Shown: in pieces, positions 32,135 through 34,233 of the stretch
How positions within the stretch are numbered: position 1 is the first letter of the stretch
How the letters are laid out: each line of letters starts with the position of its first letter
Assembly: GCA_046484865.1 (NCBI GenBank)
Contig: JAWOID010000023.1
Coordinates: 1 to 34,233 of the forward strand
Source: Candidatus Krumholzibacteriia bacterium
GTDB lineage: Bacteria; Krumholzibacteriota; Krumholzibacteriia; LZORAL124-64-63
Length of the DNA: 34,233 bases
Direction of reading: 5' to 3'
Program-made: the position numbers and the translations under genes
The notes under the pieces: model-generated
The model's database searches: none
The model's input: the letters and a program-made list of their open reading frames with translations, nothing else
Told to the model about the DNA's origin: nothing

Positions 32135-33970
32135 TCACCCGCCCTCCACCATCCGCTGCAACCGTTCGATCTCCGCCTGCACGGCGTTCTCGTCCAGGCG
32201 CGGGAAGAGGATCTCCGGCTGTCCGAGCGTACGGCCACCGGGAAGGGGACGACGCCCCTCGGCGAGGCCGCCCGCGAACAGATCGCTTTCCATGCCCAGC
32301 CAGGCCCAGACCTTCGCCATGGCGAACGGCGTGACCGGCGCCAGCATCACGGCGAGCTGGCGGATGATCTGGACGGCCACGCCCAGGCTCTGGGCGCACC
32401 GTTCCAGATCGGTCTTGCGGGTGCGGAACGGCGCCGACTCGTCGAAGTACCGGTTGCCTGCCTGCGCCGCCATGAACGCGGCGTCCACCGCGGCCTTGAT
32501 CTCGAATCGCTCCAGGCGGCGCTCCCACGTGTCGAACTGGCCGGCCACCTCGGCCAGTGCAGCCCGGTCGGTGTCGGTCAGCGCCGACTCCGACCACGCG
32601 GGCACCACGCCGTCGAAATACCTGTGGCAGAAGGTCAGCACCCGGTTGACGAGATTGCCGAAGTTGTTCCCCAGCTCGTTGTCGTTGCGGGCGCGGAAAC
32701 CCTCCCAGGTGAAGTTCATGTCGCGCGTCTCGGGCAGGTTGCGCGCCAGGGCGTAGCGCAGCGGGTCGGCTGCGAACCGGTCCAGGTATTCCGGCAACCA
32801 CACGGCGAACCCGCGGCTCGTGGAGAGCTTCTGTCCCTCGAGGTTGAGGAATTCGTTGGCCGGCACGTTGTCGGCGAGGACATAGTCCTCGCTGTGGGCC
32901 ATCAGCATGGCCGGGAACATGATGGCGTGGAAGAAGACGTTGTCCTTGCCGATGAAATGCACGAGACGGGTGCCGCCGTCCTGCCACCAGCGGCGCCAGT
33001 CCTCGGGGGCGCCCTGCTGCTGCGCCCACTCCCGGGTTGCCGAGATGTACCCGACGGGTGCCTCGAACCAGACGTAGAACACCTTGCCCTCGCGACCGGG
33101 CAGCGGCTCGGGCACGCCCCAGGAAAGATCGCGGGTCACGGCGCGGTCCTGCAGCCCGTCCCGCAGCCAAGTGTTGCAGTATTGCCTGACGTTCTCCTTC
33201 CACTCCGGGTGCGCGCCGAGATACGCCTCCAGCCGCTCCTGCCACGCTCCCAGCGGCAGGTACCAGTGGGTGGTGGGTCGCAGCTCGAGCGGCGAGCTGT
33301 CCAGGACCGAGCGGGGATCGACGAGATCGGTCGGATTGAGCGCCGCACCGCAGCTCTCGCACTGGTCGCCGCGCGCCCCCTCGGAACTGCAGCGCGGGCA
33401 GGTGCCCTCGATGTAGCGGTCGGGCAGGAAGCGGCCCTGCGCTGGGCTGAAGAACTGCTCGGTCTCCCTCTGCACCAGGACGCCCTGGCGGTGCAGGTCG
33501 AGGAAGAACGCCTGGCTCGTCTCGGTGTGGATGGGCCGGCTGGTCTGGCTGAAGTTATCGAAGCTCATGCCGAAGCGCGCGAAGGAGTCGCGGATCGACG
33601 CGTGGTTGCGGTCGACCAGTTCCTTCGGGCTGATGCCCTGCTTCTCCGCCGCCAGCGTGATGGGCACACCGAACTCGTCGGTACCGCAGATGAACAGCAC
33701 CTCCTCGCCGCGCAGGCGCAGGAAGCGCGCGTAGATGTCCGCCGGCAGGTACGCACCCGCCAGGTGGCCGAGATGGATGTCGCCGTTCGCGTACGGCAGC
33801 GCCGCGGTGATGAGCGTCCGCCGGAAGCGCGGCGGACCGGACGCGGACTTTCGGCCCTGATCGGCGGGCGCTGCGCGTTCGGTGCCCTCCCCGCCTTCGG
33901 CGCGGTTCGCGGCTCCGGCGCCCTCGGCGCGGTCGACAGGGTCGGATGGATGGCGGTCTTCAGCAGTCAC
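32135..33970 (-). CDS. metG: Methionine--tRNA ligase (no C-terminal tRNA-binding domain)
   Basis: TAALPYANGDIHLGH (HIGH), CGTDEFG, CPRC...GDQCESC knuckle, FIGKDN, KLSTS (KMSKS); GTG start behind SD GGAGG. Confidence 0.98.
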   Translation of the reverse strand: MTAEDRHPSDPVDRAEGAGAANRAEGGEGTERAAPADQGRKSASGPPRFRRTLITAALPYANGDIHLGHLAGAYLPADIYARFLRLRGEEVLFICGTDEFGVPITLAAEKQGISPKELVDRNHASIRDSFARFGMSFDNFSQTSRPIHTETSQAFFLDLHRQGVLVQRETEQFFSPAQGRFLPDRYIEGTCPRCSSEGARGDQCESCGAALNPTDLVDPRSVLDSSPLELRPTTHWYLPLGAWQERLEAYLGAHPEWKENVRQYCNTWLRDGLQDRAVTRDLSWGVPEPLPGREGKVFYVWFEAPVGYISATREWAQQQGAPEDWRRWWQDGGTRLVHFIGKDNVFFHAIMFPAMLMAHSEDYVLADNVPANEFLNLEGQKLSTSRGFAVWLPEYLDRFAADPLRYALARNLPETRDMNFTWEGFRARNDNELGNNFGNLVNRVLTFCHRYFDGVVPAWSESALTDTDRAALAEVAGQFDTWERRLERFEIKAAVDAAFMAAQAGNRYFDESAPFRTRKTDLERCAQSLGVAVQIIRQLAVMLAPVTPFAMAKVWAWLGMESDLFAGGLAEGRRPLPGGRTLGQPEILFPRLDENAVQAEIERLQRMVEGG

Positions 33971-34052
33971 GCGATTCCTCCGCAGATGGCGCAGACGGGT
34001 GACGCAGACCGGGGCGCGCGCACGGTCGGGTCCGCGGGTCTGCGAGCCTGGG

Positions 34053-34082
34053 AACTTAAGACAGCGGAGAGACCGGCGCCAA
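34053..34082 (-). promoter_or_regulatory. Possible sigma70 promoter for metG
   Basis: TTGGCG-N18-TAAGTT on the minus strand about 80 nt upstream of the start. Confidence 0.3.
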
Positions 34083-34141
34083 GCATTCCGTTATTCCACG
34101 CAAATTGTTTCCGGCTCTTTCCCCGGGGTCCGCAGCCCCGT

Positions 34142-34233
34142 TCACACCGCGTACTTCAAGTCGTGGCGCCGGTTCACCTTCAGCGCCCGCGTCCTGACCT
34201 CCCCCCAGTAGTACTGACGCCAGCGGCCCTCCA
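34142..34233 (-). CDS. 3' end of an unidentified gene (partial)
   Basis: Open minus-strand frame ...EGRWRQYYWGEVRTRALKVNRRHDLKYAV* with strong G/C third-position bias, running off the window edge. Confidence 0.55.
   Translation of the reverse strand, partial: EGRWRQYYWGEVRTRALKVNRRHDLKYAV

Noticed and set aside
33971..34056. SAM-III (SMK) or T-box riboswitch upstream of metG
   Set aside because: Only GTTCCC...GGAAT resemblance; conserved cores absent and region too short for a T-box

Overview
High-GC bacterial chromosome segment, mostly core genes. Bases 1-16554 hold the end of tuf followed by a complete, canonical S10-spc-alpha ribosomal protein superoperon (rpsJ through rplQ, including secY, adk, map, infA, rpmJ, rpsM, rpsK, rpsD and rpoA). 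The rest contains: fabH; a GldA/GldF-GldG/DUF4340-type ABC locus; an M23 peptidase; a secreted FG-GAP beta-propeller protein with a T9SS-CTD/FlgD-like C-terminus; an unusually long guaA; a secreted HExxH protein; an XRE-HTH/transmembrane/beta-propeller one-component regulator; metG; and the 3' end of an unidentified gene. The T9SS-like tail suggests an FCB-superphylum lineage such as Krumholzibacteriota, Eisenbacteria or Latescibacterota (inference only). I saw no mobile element, CRISPR array, rRNA or tRNA. The most unexpected signal is a Met-rich mini-ORF (MMAVERREMMVT) directly downstream of metG. It has a strong SD and sits inside mutually exclusive hairpins resembling an attenuator. Also notable are the membrane-spanning XRE sensor and several structured intergenic regions. 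All RNA pairings and promoters were found by eye and need computational confirmation.
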